A stretch of 63,775 nt of DNA from a virus (lineage: Duplodnaviria; Caudoviricetes): the IMG/VR virus record IMGVR_UViG_3300033168_000002, positions 1 through 63,775 of that record; one strand, written 5' to 3'. A program made the position numbers and the translations under genes. The notes beneath the pieces were generated by a model. It ran no database searches, was not told the DNA's origin, and worked only from the letters and a program-made list of their open reading frames with translations. Below are positions 56,774-63,775 of this stretch, in pieces (within the stretch, counting starts at the first letter, position 1; every line of letters starts with the position of its first letter).

Positions 56774-57634
56774 GATGTGATGTTTTCCTTTCTCGGGGCC
56801 GGACGCATGTGTTACGTGTGTCCGGCCCCTCGTCTATTCAGTCATTCGTCGTTAAGGGCGGCATCCCCTGCCGCTGTTGAATGGCCTCCATCAGCCGCGC
56901 CGCTTCCGCGCGACACTGCGTGCGGATCTCGCTTGTTCCCGCGCCGTCCAGCGCGCTCACCTGGAGTTCAGTCCAGCGCGCCACAATGCGCGCGGCCAGC
57001 GTCCACTCAGTCGTGGTCGCTAGCGCACGCGCGTCGATGACGTACGCAAGCGCCTCCCCGAAGTCGTCGCACGTCTGGTCCAACCGTTCCCGGTACGTCG
57101 CCGTGTGTTGGTCAGTGGACATGGACAGACGCCTCCACTCTTGCCAGCCATCCCACGGCGACGCCTCCAAGCAGCCATAAGAGCGCGCTATAGACGGCGA
57201 CGCATAGGGCCACGATGATCAGCGCCAGCACAATGTTGACGATGACCCGCGTGCGGCTGCGACGCCGTAACCGGGACCGACGCCGGTAGGGCGACGAGTG
57301 GCGGCGTACGGGGCGGCTCGTGCCCGCGGGGAACGGGATGGGGCGGTGGTCGGAGTGCAGGTAGAGCGGGCGTTTCACAGTGCTCATATGGTCACCCCCA
57401 CGTCGATCGAGAGGGCGTCGATGGCCTGCTGACGGACCGCCAGGTACTCCCGGTAGCGTGTGTGGCTCTCACCCGGCTGGCTGGTGAGCCAGGCCCGCCA
57501 GGCCCGCGACACCTGCAAACGGAGCGGACGGGGCACTAACCACCAATGTGACCGGCAAAACAGAATGTGAAAGGGCAGGGGCGCTGTGCAGCCGGGCGCG
57601 GGGCAGGTGTGGGTTTGGGTGCGTGATGGTGTCG

Positions 57635-58078
57635 TCATGACGCTGCCTCCTGCGCATCGGATGCGTCAAATAGTCCGAGCGCGCCCTTGTAGGGGATCGG
57701 CTCCGGGAGCCAGCGCGCATTGTTGAGAAGCCAGGCAAAGCGATGGTCGCCATAGTCCCCGAACGCGCGTTCCCGTGCGCTCAGGCGCTCCCGCACGTCC
57801 TCCGTGCGCACGATGTCTACGAGCGTGACCACGGCGATGATCGCCCCCAGCGGCAGCTTCTCGGCGAGATCTCGCCGCGTTTGGATGCCGTGCGGCGCCA
57901 GGGCTTCGACAAAGTAGGGGTCGTCGAGACAGAGATCCTTGGCCCAGCCCGGAAACGTCTTGGACGAATGAATGGCGATCAGGCCACGATAAGAGGTTTT
58001 CCACGAGCGGGTCTCGTAGCGCTTCACCCGATCAGCGACGAAGATACCCCAGGGGGCGGTCAGGCTCAGGCACTTCAT
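57635..58078 (-). CDS. ASCH-domain protein
   Basis: LSLTAPW..K.YETRSW...RGLIAIH, GAII..V.L, P.PYKGALGLF. Confidence 0.88.
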   Translation of the reverse strand: MKCLSLTAPWGIFVADRVKRYETRSWKTSYRGLIAIHSSKTFPGWAKDLCLDDPYFVEALAPHGIQTRRDLAEKLPLGAIIAVVTLVDIVRTEDVRERLSARERAFGDYGDHRFAWLLNNARWLPEPIPYKGALGLFDASDAQEAAS

Positions 58079-59523
58079 CGCGCACCTGCTCCCGCCGTCG
58101 CCCCTGCGACCGCCGGCTGCCGGCTAGTGGTCCCGTTCGTGCCCGCCCAGTCACGCATGGCCCGCACGCGCCGCGTCAGCGCCACAACCGCGTCATACTG
58201 GTCGACCGTGAGGTCGAGGTTCGTCCGCATCTCCCCCGCGTCGATCTCGACCTGGGCCATGCTTCCCGCTGATGTGGCCGTGAACACGCGCCGGGCCAGC
58301 GTCACGCAGGCGCGCAGTTGCCGCGCCAGGTCCTCGGTCAAAACGAACGCATCAACGCTCAGGCCGATCTCAGCGGCGATCCCGTCGATGTCCTTCTCTG
58401 TCGCCGCCGCCAGGGCGTTGAGCACGTCGGGTTCGGTCCACGGCTCCCCGAGCGGTGAGGCAGTGTCAGGCCCGCTGACCTCGGACACGGGTTCCGGCTC
58501 CGTGAGCGCGGGCGCGTGACGCCTGGCACGGTTCTGGAGCCAGGTCAGCGTCTTGTCCAGTTCCTCCGCGGTCATCGCGTCAACGGCTTTGGGCAGCTTG
58601 CCTGTCGCGTCGGGATCGGCACTCAGTGCGGCCGCGAGCGCGGCGCGTTGGCGAGCGAGCTGCAAGCGCACGATCAGTTGCTCTTTCCAGGTGACGGACG
58701 CCGCGCCCGTGCCCGTGAGGACCCAGCCATACTTCTTGCCCAGCGCGACCAGATCATCGCGTGACGCGGGCGGCGGTTCGTTGAGCGCCGCGCATAGTTC
58801 CGTGATGCGCGCGTTGAGCGCGATGATCTGGTCATGGTCGTCCTCGATGGGTTCGGCGGTCTGAGGCTCTCTGGCAGCCGTGGATGGAGTCTGACGTGTC
58901 GATGGGCGCGTGTCACTGGCGTCCGCGTCTGGTGTGAGATCGAGCCCCAATTCGGTCACCGCGTCGCGGCTGACGCCGCCCACCATCTCTTCGGCCGTGG
59001 TGTCCAGGCCGGTCGCGCGCCGGATGGCGCGGTTCACGGATCTCGTTTCTGACATATGATTGGCGTAGTCGGGATTGTGCATCGCCGGCATGCCCATGGT
59101 GATGATCGAGGCGTCGCCGTATGCCTCATAGTGCGAGCCATCGGGGAAGGAGATGCGCGCCTTGCACTTGGCGCGCATCAGGCCGGCGTCCGCCCAGCGC
59201 GCGGCCGCGTCCTTGCTCGTGCTACCCATGCGCTGGCGGATCGTGTCCAGGATGCAGTCATCCCAGGCGTCCTTGACTACCTCGACCGCCACCGAACCGG
59301 GGCCGCGCTCATCGCGGCGTAGCATGATGGTCAAGCCCTTGTTGTTGACGTAGACTTTGCCGCCCAGGATCGTGATCCCGTCGAGCGGCAGGTCCATCTC
59401 GAACGCTTGCTGTTTGGCCTTGAGCGCTGCCTCACGACTGCGTAGCGCGTCCCCGCCGATCAGCGCCATCTCGGCATTTGTCACGCTGTCTGGCCGCGTG
59501 AGCGCCTGGGTGTTGTCGCTCAT
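58075..59523 (-). CDS. Putative single-strand annealing / recombination protein
   Basis: YEAYGDAS, MSETRSVNRAIRRATG..TTAEEM pattern of phage SSAPs. Confidence 0.55.
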   Translation of the reverse strand: MSDNTQALTRPDSVTNAEMALIGGDALRSREAALKAKQQAFEMDLPLDGITILGGKVYVNNKGLTIMLRRDERGPGSVAVEVVKDAWDDCILDTIRQRMGSTSKDAAARWADAGLMRAKCKARISFPDGSHYEAYGDASIITMGMPAMHNPDYANHMSETRSVNRAIRRATGLDTTAEEMVGGVSRDAVTELGLDLTPDADASDTRPSTRQTPSTAAREPQTAEPIEDDHDQIIALNARITELCAALNEPPPASRDDLVALGKKYGWVLTGTGAASVTWKEQLIVRLQLARQRAALAAALSADPDATGKLPKAVDAMTAEELDKTLTWLQNRARRHAPALTEPEPVSEVSGPDTASPLGEPWTEPDVLNALAAATEKDIDGIAAEIGLSVDAFVLTEDLARQLRACVTLARRVFTATSAGSMAQVEIDAGEMRTNLDLTVDQYDAVVALTRRVRAMRDWAGTNGTTSRQPAVAGATAGAGAR

Positions 59524-59951
59524 GACGCTGCCCCGCACAACTCATTGACTGCCTGGCTGGCGCGGCTGGCCGTTTGGCTGCAGTAGCCACGGCCCCAGCT
59601 CGTCACGCGGCAGTGAATGCCGCCCTGCACGGCCGGCGCGCCACACACCACGCAGCGCGCCGCCTCGGCCGTCGCCGTGAGCGCGATCCCGGCCTGCTCG
59701 CGCTCGTAGTCCTGCACATCCAAAATGTGGGAGCAGGCCCGTAGCTCATGGTCCAGCGGAAACGTGTCGCGATTTCGGTACTCGTAGTCCTCACAGTTGC
59801 ACCGTTGCGCCACCATATCGACCTCGTGGGTGAGGTCGGCGCGTGACGCGGAGCGCACGGCATAGACGCGCGGCCTCTCTGTTGGCTGGATCAGGGGCCG
59901 CGTCCAGTGCGGCAGCGCGGCCCGGGCAAAAGGCGTTGATGAGACAGACAT
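59520..59951 (-). CDS. SWIM zinc-finger protein
   Basis: YAVRSAS...RCNCEDY...ACSHI; extra CVVC. Confidence 0.7.
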   Translation of the reverse strand: MSVSSTPFARAALPHWTRPLIQPTERPRVYAVRSASRADLTHEVDMVAQRCNCEDYEYRNRDTFPLDHELRACSHILDVQDYEREQAGIALTATAEAARCVVCGAPAVQGGIHCRVTSWGRGYCSQTASRASQAVNELCGAAS

Positions 59952-60014
59952 AGCTAGACTCCTATGGGGTAGAGAGACTACAATGGGTGTAGTCCTGATG
60001 TTTGTACGTTGGGC

Positions 60015-60248
60015 TTATGACGCGATCCGTGTGCTGCCAGGCTCGGGGATCGCGTCTTTCTGCGTGGCGGCCACAGCTGCGGCGCGTTGCCTCTCCTCCT
60101 CTTGGGCGCGTTTCTCATGCTTACGGCGCACGCAGGCGAAGATCGCCTCGCCGATGTCGTCGAGCGCGGCCTGGATCGCGGGCGTGATCTCCACGGGAGC
60201 CGCTGGTGTGTCGATAGTACTAGTGGGGTCTGTCCGCGTCGGGTTCAT
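60015..60248 (-). CDS. Small hypothetical protein
   Basis: Coupled to cro-like gene. Confidence 0.5.
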   Translation of the reverse strand: MNPTRTDPTSTIDTPAAPVEITPAIQAALDDIGEAIFACVRRKHEKRAQEEERQRAAAVAATQKDAIPEPGSTRIAS

Positions 60249-60541
60249 GCAACACCTTCCGCGACGGTCAAATGCGCGCGCACTTCGCGCGGGTCAATCC
60301 CTTCGTTGTTGGGGAATAGCTCACTGATGTCCGCGCGCTCGAAACCAGCTAGGTCGCACGCTTCCGCGTACGTGAACAGCAAGACGCCGTTCACTTTGCG
60401 ATGCAGCGTATGCGTTGACATGCCGATAGCAATGGCTGCGGCGGTGACCTCGCGGCCATGTTCCCGCATCCATCGTTTGACTGGGGGGCTTTGATCTACT
60501 GGATTTCTCACGCTGACCCTCCTGCTATTCAGATAACTCAT
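60245..60541 (-). CDS. Cro-like HTH protein
   Basis: AAIAIGMSTHTLHRKVNG..FT..EA...ELF. Confidence 0.75.
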   Translation of the reverse strand: MSYLNSRRVSVRNPVDQSPPVKRWMREHGREVTAAAIAIGMSTHTLHRKVNGVLLFTYAEACDLAGFERADISELFPNNEGIDPREVRAHLTVAEGVA

Positions 60542-60591
60542 CCAAATGTAGGATGTGCTATTAGAATAACACGAAAGTTTCAGTGCGTCAA
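60522..60591 (-). promoter_or_regulatory. Early lytic promoter with two operator-like sites
   Basis: TTGACG-N17-TATTCT (60591-60563); TGCTATTCAGATAAC (60523) and palindromic GTGCTATTAGAATAACAC (60555-60572). Confidence 0.65.
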
Positions 60592-60637
60592 TAGACTAAC
60601 GATATTGGAGTGAGTGGGTGGTAGGAGTGGATGAGGA

Positions 60638-61099
60638 ATGGCCGACGAACACGATAAGACGGTCGTGATGTACGGCTATACAGTGCGGCGATCTAAAGTC
60701 CCGTTTGCGACACTGTTATTCAGAGCGTGTGTTAACCTTCGCGCCTATGATGATGGCGACCCGGAACGCCCAAATCTGCGGAAGCTTGCCGACAGCATCC
60801 GGCTGGCGCCGATGACACTTATCAATAACCTCATGAGCACCGGAGATCCGGAGCTGCGTACACTGCGCACGCTGGAAGTCAAAGCTGGCATTTCCATGGA
60901 GGAATCGCTTATCGCCCTGGGTGTCATAGCCCCACGGAACGGAAAGCCTCAAACAACGGTATCGCCGGCTAGAGGCGCGATGCTTGATTCGGTCAGGGGT
61001 CTTGGCGAGGATGAAGTGCAAGACCTGGCACGTGTCTTGATTCGTTTGCGCGCGGCGAAAGAGGGGGATACTGGCCCTGCCCCCGGCCCCACACAATAA
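60638..61099 (+). CDS. CI-like XRE repressor lacking S24 peptidase domain
   Basis: LRKLADSIRLAPMTLINNL...PELRTL; divergent from cro-like gene. Confidence 0.7.
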   Translation: MADEHDKTVVMYGYTVRRSKVPFATLLFRACVNLRAYDDGDPERPNLRKLADSIRLAPMTLINNLMSTGDPELRTLRTLEVKAGISMEESLIALGVIAPRNGKPQTTVSPARGAMLDSVRGLGEDEVQDLARVLIRLRAAKEGDTGPAPGPTQ

Positions 61100-61243
61100 G
61101 ACCGTTTTTTATGGCCGAGGCAGGTAACTCATCGACAAGAAGCTCGAAGGCATCAGGCTGGCTCAAAATGTCTACAATCTCTTCCTCGGACACGACAAGA
61201 CCATCCTTTTCCACGCCGCCGGGCTGGAGCGACGTTCTAATCG

Positions 61244-61259
61244 TAGAACGCATGTACTA
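61244..61259. promoter_or_regulatory. LexA-box-like palindrome
   Basis: TAGAAC-GCAT-GTACTA (GAAC-N4-GTWC) over the ATG of ORF 60993-61253. Confidence 0.4.
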
Positions 61260-61441
61260 ATAAACCTATCACCTCGTGACCCTGTTCGTCAACAAACACG
61301 CGTGGATAGCTGACAGTTTTTGTCAGGGGTAGACGGTCGTCTACTCTTTTATAGCCGTTCGGAGGGTGCCGGCGCCAAGGTTATGGACCGATACCTTCGG
61401 TAGGCGGCGTTATGCCGCATAACGGAAAAGAGGGGGAATGT

Positions 61442-61819
61442 ATGGATAAGCGCATCGGTCTATCGTTGGCGCTCGCGGGGATGCTGGCTCTTGGGTCGGG
61501 GATCGGAGCGGCCCAGCCAGCGCACGCGGCTGGAACTCGGACGTTTACGATCCGCGTCATGGGGCCGCGCCACCTCCACTTCAGCGGCGCGCTCGACGCC
61601 ATGAGTAGCGATGGGTCATCGGACGATCACACCATCAGCGGGCACGCCGTGGCGACCTATACCGAGCGCGGCATGATGGTGTCCGTCGAGATCCAGAAAC
61701 AGGACGGGAACGGCGATCAACTCCAGGTCACGATTTACGACGGACGCCGGGTCGTCAAATCGGGGTCGACGCGGGCGGCCTATGGCATCGTGATGCTGAG
61801 TACGCCGCTCTCATTCTGA
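61442..61819 (+). CDS. Secreted small beta-sandwich protein (possible superinfection exclusion)
   Basis: Signal peptide ending AHA; next to integrase. Confidence 0.6.
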   Translation: MDKRIGLSLALAGMLALGSGIGAAQPAHAAGTRTFTIRVMGPRHLHFSGALDAMSSDGSSDDHTISGHAVATYTERGMMVSVEIQKQDGNGDQLQVTIYDGRRVVKSGSTRAAYGIVMLSTPLSF

Positions 61820-63544
61820 GTCTGTGTGTTTCCGCTCACGCCAGCGTCGCTGGGCCGCCGTCCGCAGCTCCGTTGGCGTCGGCAGCACGGGCGGCTCCGG
61901 CGTCGGGTCCAGCGTGAGCAGGCGAGCGCCGAGCAGCAGCCGGACAGGCTCGGTCCACGTTACCTCGACGCGCAGCCAGCGCGAGTGCGTCGCCGGCCGC
62001 CGCTCCACCAGCTTGGCTGATTCAACCGTTTTGAGCAGCAGCCGGCGCACCGGCGCGGCGTCGTCGGGGTCGCCGGCATAGTCGAGCCCCTCGACAGCCG
62101 CGCGTGGGTCCGTGCGGTGGACCTCGGCCCACAACGCGCGTAGATCTTCGATCGGTGGCCCCGCCCGCTCGGCCAGGGCGCGCTGGGCCTCCAGCCCCGC
62201 GATCCGCGCCTCCGTGGTCTCCGAGAGCGCCAGGAACGCGCGTACCGCCTCATTGGGGATACCGCCCCCTTTGGTGGCTCCACGCATCGCCGCCAACGCC
62301 TCGGCCTGGTCGCGTAGCGCCGCCCGTTCGGCCGCGATCTCCTGCTTGAGCCGCGCCGCCGTCGCCGCCCGCACGCCCCCGCCCCGCAGCCGCTCTTCGC
62401 CGCGCGTGGTCCACGGTGCGCCGCGTAGTCGGCGCAGTTCGACGAGCAGGGCCTCATGCGCCAGGTCCAGCCGGTAGCCGGCCTCGCCGCAGCCACCGTT
62501 CCGCAGCGACGTCCGGCAGAGGTACGAGCCCTTGTGGCCGACCACCGTGCCGGCGACGTGCGGCCGCATCGCCGCGCCGCAGCCCGCGCACACCAGCAGG
62601 CCCGCGCCCAGGTAGGCATGACGCACCCTGGCCCGCGTGGGGCGTTGGCCCATCAGGTCCATGCGCTCCTGCACGCGGCGCCACAGCCCCTCCTCGATGA
62701 GCGCGGTCTGCTGGCCCGGCCCGACCATCGCGTCGCCGGGCGCGGCGTGCGCGTAGTGGCCCTGTGGCCGCTTGTCGTAGCTGACACAACCTTTGTAGAG
62801 CGGAGAGCGCAGGATCAGGCGGACGTGGTAATCAGCCCACGCCGCGGCGTCGCGGGGCGCGGGGACGCGCGGGTCGGACGCCAACCACCGCGCCAGGTCG
62901 CGACAACTTTCATCGCCCGTAGCGTAGCGCTCATACAACGCGCGCACGATCCAGGCGGTGGCCTCGTCGACCACGAGTGCGCCGGGAGGGCGCTTGCCGG
63001 CGCCGTCCCACGCGGGATAGTGGCGCCGGTAGCCCAACTGTGGCGTTGGTCCCATGTGGATGCCGCTCTCGGCCGCCCGCCGGCGGGCCGGGCGCACGTT
63101 CGCGGCCAGATCGCGCACGGCCTGCTCGTCCATGCCGGCGTACCCGTAGCGCATGAAACCCGGCTTGTCCTGGCCCTGCTGCACGCTCCACACCTCGACG
63201 CCCAGGCGGTCGAGGTCCTCGCCCCGCTGCACGCGCTCCAGCGGCCGCCGGCCCCAGCGACTGAGGCTAAACACGAGGATGACGTGGATCTCGCGCTTAC
63301 GGGCCGCCTCCAGGATGCGCTGGTAGCCACTGCGGTCGATGCGCCGCCCCTTGATCTCCTCCTGTTCCCACATCGTCACGACACAGCCGAGCTGGTCGGC
63401 CAACTGCGTGATGGCCGCGCGCTGCACCTCAGCGCTGTGGTTGTCGCCCTGCTTGCGTGCATCCGATCGTCTGATGTAACCGGCGGCCAAGCGGACATCG
63501 GTGTGGGTTGACAGGGGGGCACGAGCGGCGGGGGAAGCGGTCAT
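61811..63544 (-). CDS. int: Large serine integrase
   Basis: GYIRRS catalytic motif, SRWGR, recombinase domain (LGY, ILRSPLYKG), zinc ribbon CAGC...YLC...C, coiled coil. Confidence 0.95.
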   Translation of the reverse strand: MTASPAARAPLSTHTDVRLAAGYIRRSDARKQGDNHSAEVQRAAITQLADQLGCVVTMWEQEEIKGRRIDRSGYQRILEAARKREIHVILVFSLSRWGRRPLERVQRGEDLDRLGVEVWSVQQGQDKPGFMRYGYAGMDEQAVRDLAANVRPARRRAAESGIHMGPTPQLGYRRHYPAWDGAGKRPPGALVVDEATAWIVRALYERYATGDESCRDLARWLASDPRVPAPRDAAAWADYHVRLILRSPLYKGCVSYDKRPQGHYAHAAPGDAMVGPGQQTALIEEGLWRRVQERMDLMGQRPTRARVRHAYLGAGLLVCAGCGAAMRPHVAGTVVGHKGSYLCRTSLRNGGCGEAGYRLDLAHEALLVELRRLRGAPWTTRGEERLRGGGVRAATAARLKQEIAAERAALRDQAEALAAMRGATKGGGIPNEAVRAFLALSETTEARIAGLEAQRALAERAGPPIEDLRALWAEVHRTDPRAAVEGLDYAGDPDDAAPVRRLLLKTVESAKLVERRPATHSRWLRVEVTWTEPVRLLLGARLLTLDPTPEPPVLPTPTELRTAAQRRWRERKHTDSE

Positions 63545-63601
63545 GGCGTGCGGTCCTTTCACGGCGATCAGACAGGAGTATGACGCTCAGGATAGCATAG
63601 T

Positions 63602-63653
63602 TAAGGTGCCATATGGTGAACTAATGAACAACAACTTCGGCAGCTACGCCATC
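63602..63653. other. attR: attR-like junction (phage arm + host arm)
   Basis: Left arm TAAGGTGCCAT present, right attP arm absent; sequence departs from the nt-128 path at 63637. Confidence 0.78.
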
Positions 63654-63728
63654 GATAACGCACGCGACGTGCAGCAGCTACTCGGTCAGCAGCCCCCCGA
63701 CAGCGCCCTGAGCGCTACAACTGCTTGA
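63624..63728 (+). pseudogene. Displaced original 3' end of the host target gene
   Basis: MNNNFGSYAIDNARDVQQLLGQQPPDSALSATTA*, homologous to 115-213; gene identity not recognised. Confidence 0.7.
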
Positions 63729-63775
63729 CTGTCGCCTCACTCTCGACTACAGCGGGTTCACCATCGAGCCGGTAG

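Larger units (their letters stand above)
119..63627. mobile_element. Temperate tailed phage (siphovirus-like) prophage/excised circle, 63,509 bp, carrying a conjugation module
   Basis: Full set of head, tail, lysis, replication, repressor and serine integrase genes between two att-type junctions; ends placed at the inferred crossover. Confidence 0.93.

Noticed and set aside
2145-58488. Dispersed palindromes or the 30-bp repeat as a CRISPR array
   Set aside because: No regular repeat-spacer periodicity and no cas genes.
63501-63728. 75-aa ORF as a complete gene
   Set aside because: It is a chimera across attR: the 5' part is phage DNA (partly antisense to the integrase start) and only the 3' part is host coding sequence.
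1-63775. tRNA, tmRNA or rRNA genes
   Set aside because: None recognised by eye; tRNAscan-SE/Infernal would be needed to exclude them.

Overview
The window is one essentially complete, high-GC temperate siphovirus-type genome (63,509-bp circle) plus about 140 bp of host DNA at the right end. It begins at an attP-type junction and ends at an attR-type junction of a large serine integrase (nt 1-127 = 63510-63636). Recognisable modules are lysis (amidase/C39 endolysin, LL-H-like holin), tail (tube, G/GT chaperones, tape measure, internally duplicated Dit-like protein, Ig-domain tail tip), an HK97-type head (TerS/TerL, portal, protease, capsid), Prim-Pol/DUF3987 replication, a DNA-modification cluster (C5 methylase, ParB-radical SAM fusion plus partner) and a cI/cro-like switch. 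The most striking feature is a compact conjugation operon at about 36.3-46.0 kb (pilin-like, VirB3-VirB4 fusion, VirB6-like, RHH accessory, minimal HUH relaxase, VirD4 coupling protein, AEP-CHC2 primase). It has no integrase of its own, suggesting a phage-ICE hybrid or 'conjugative prophage'. Other signals: a phage-supplied replacement 3' end for the host target gene; about 16 dispersed 14-bp palindromes with covarying arms; four identical G-quadruplex-like late-promoter elements; a +1-frame tail chaperone extension; a stand-alone HD-GYP phosphodiesterase; and an O-acyltransferase moron. All family calls rest on motif recognition by eye; no searches were run.
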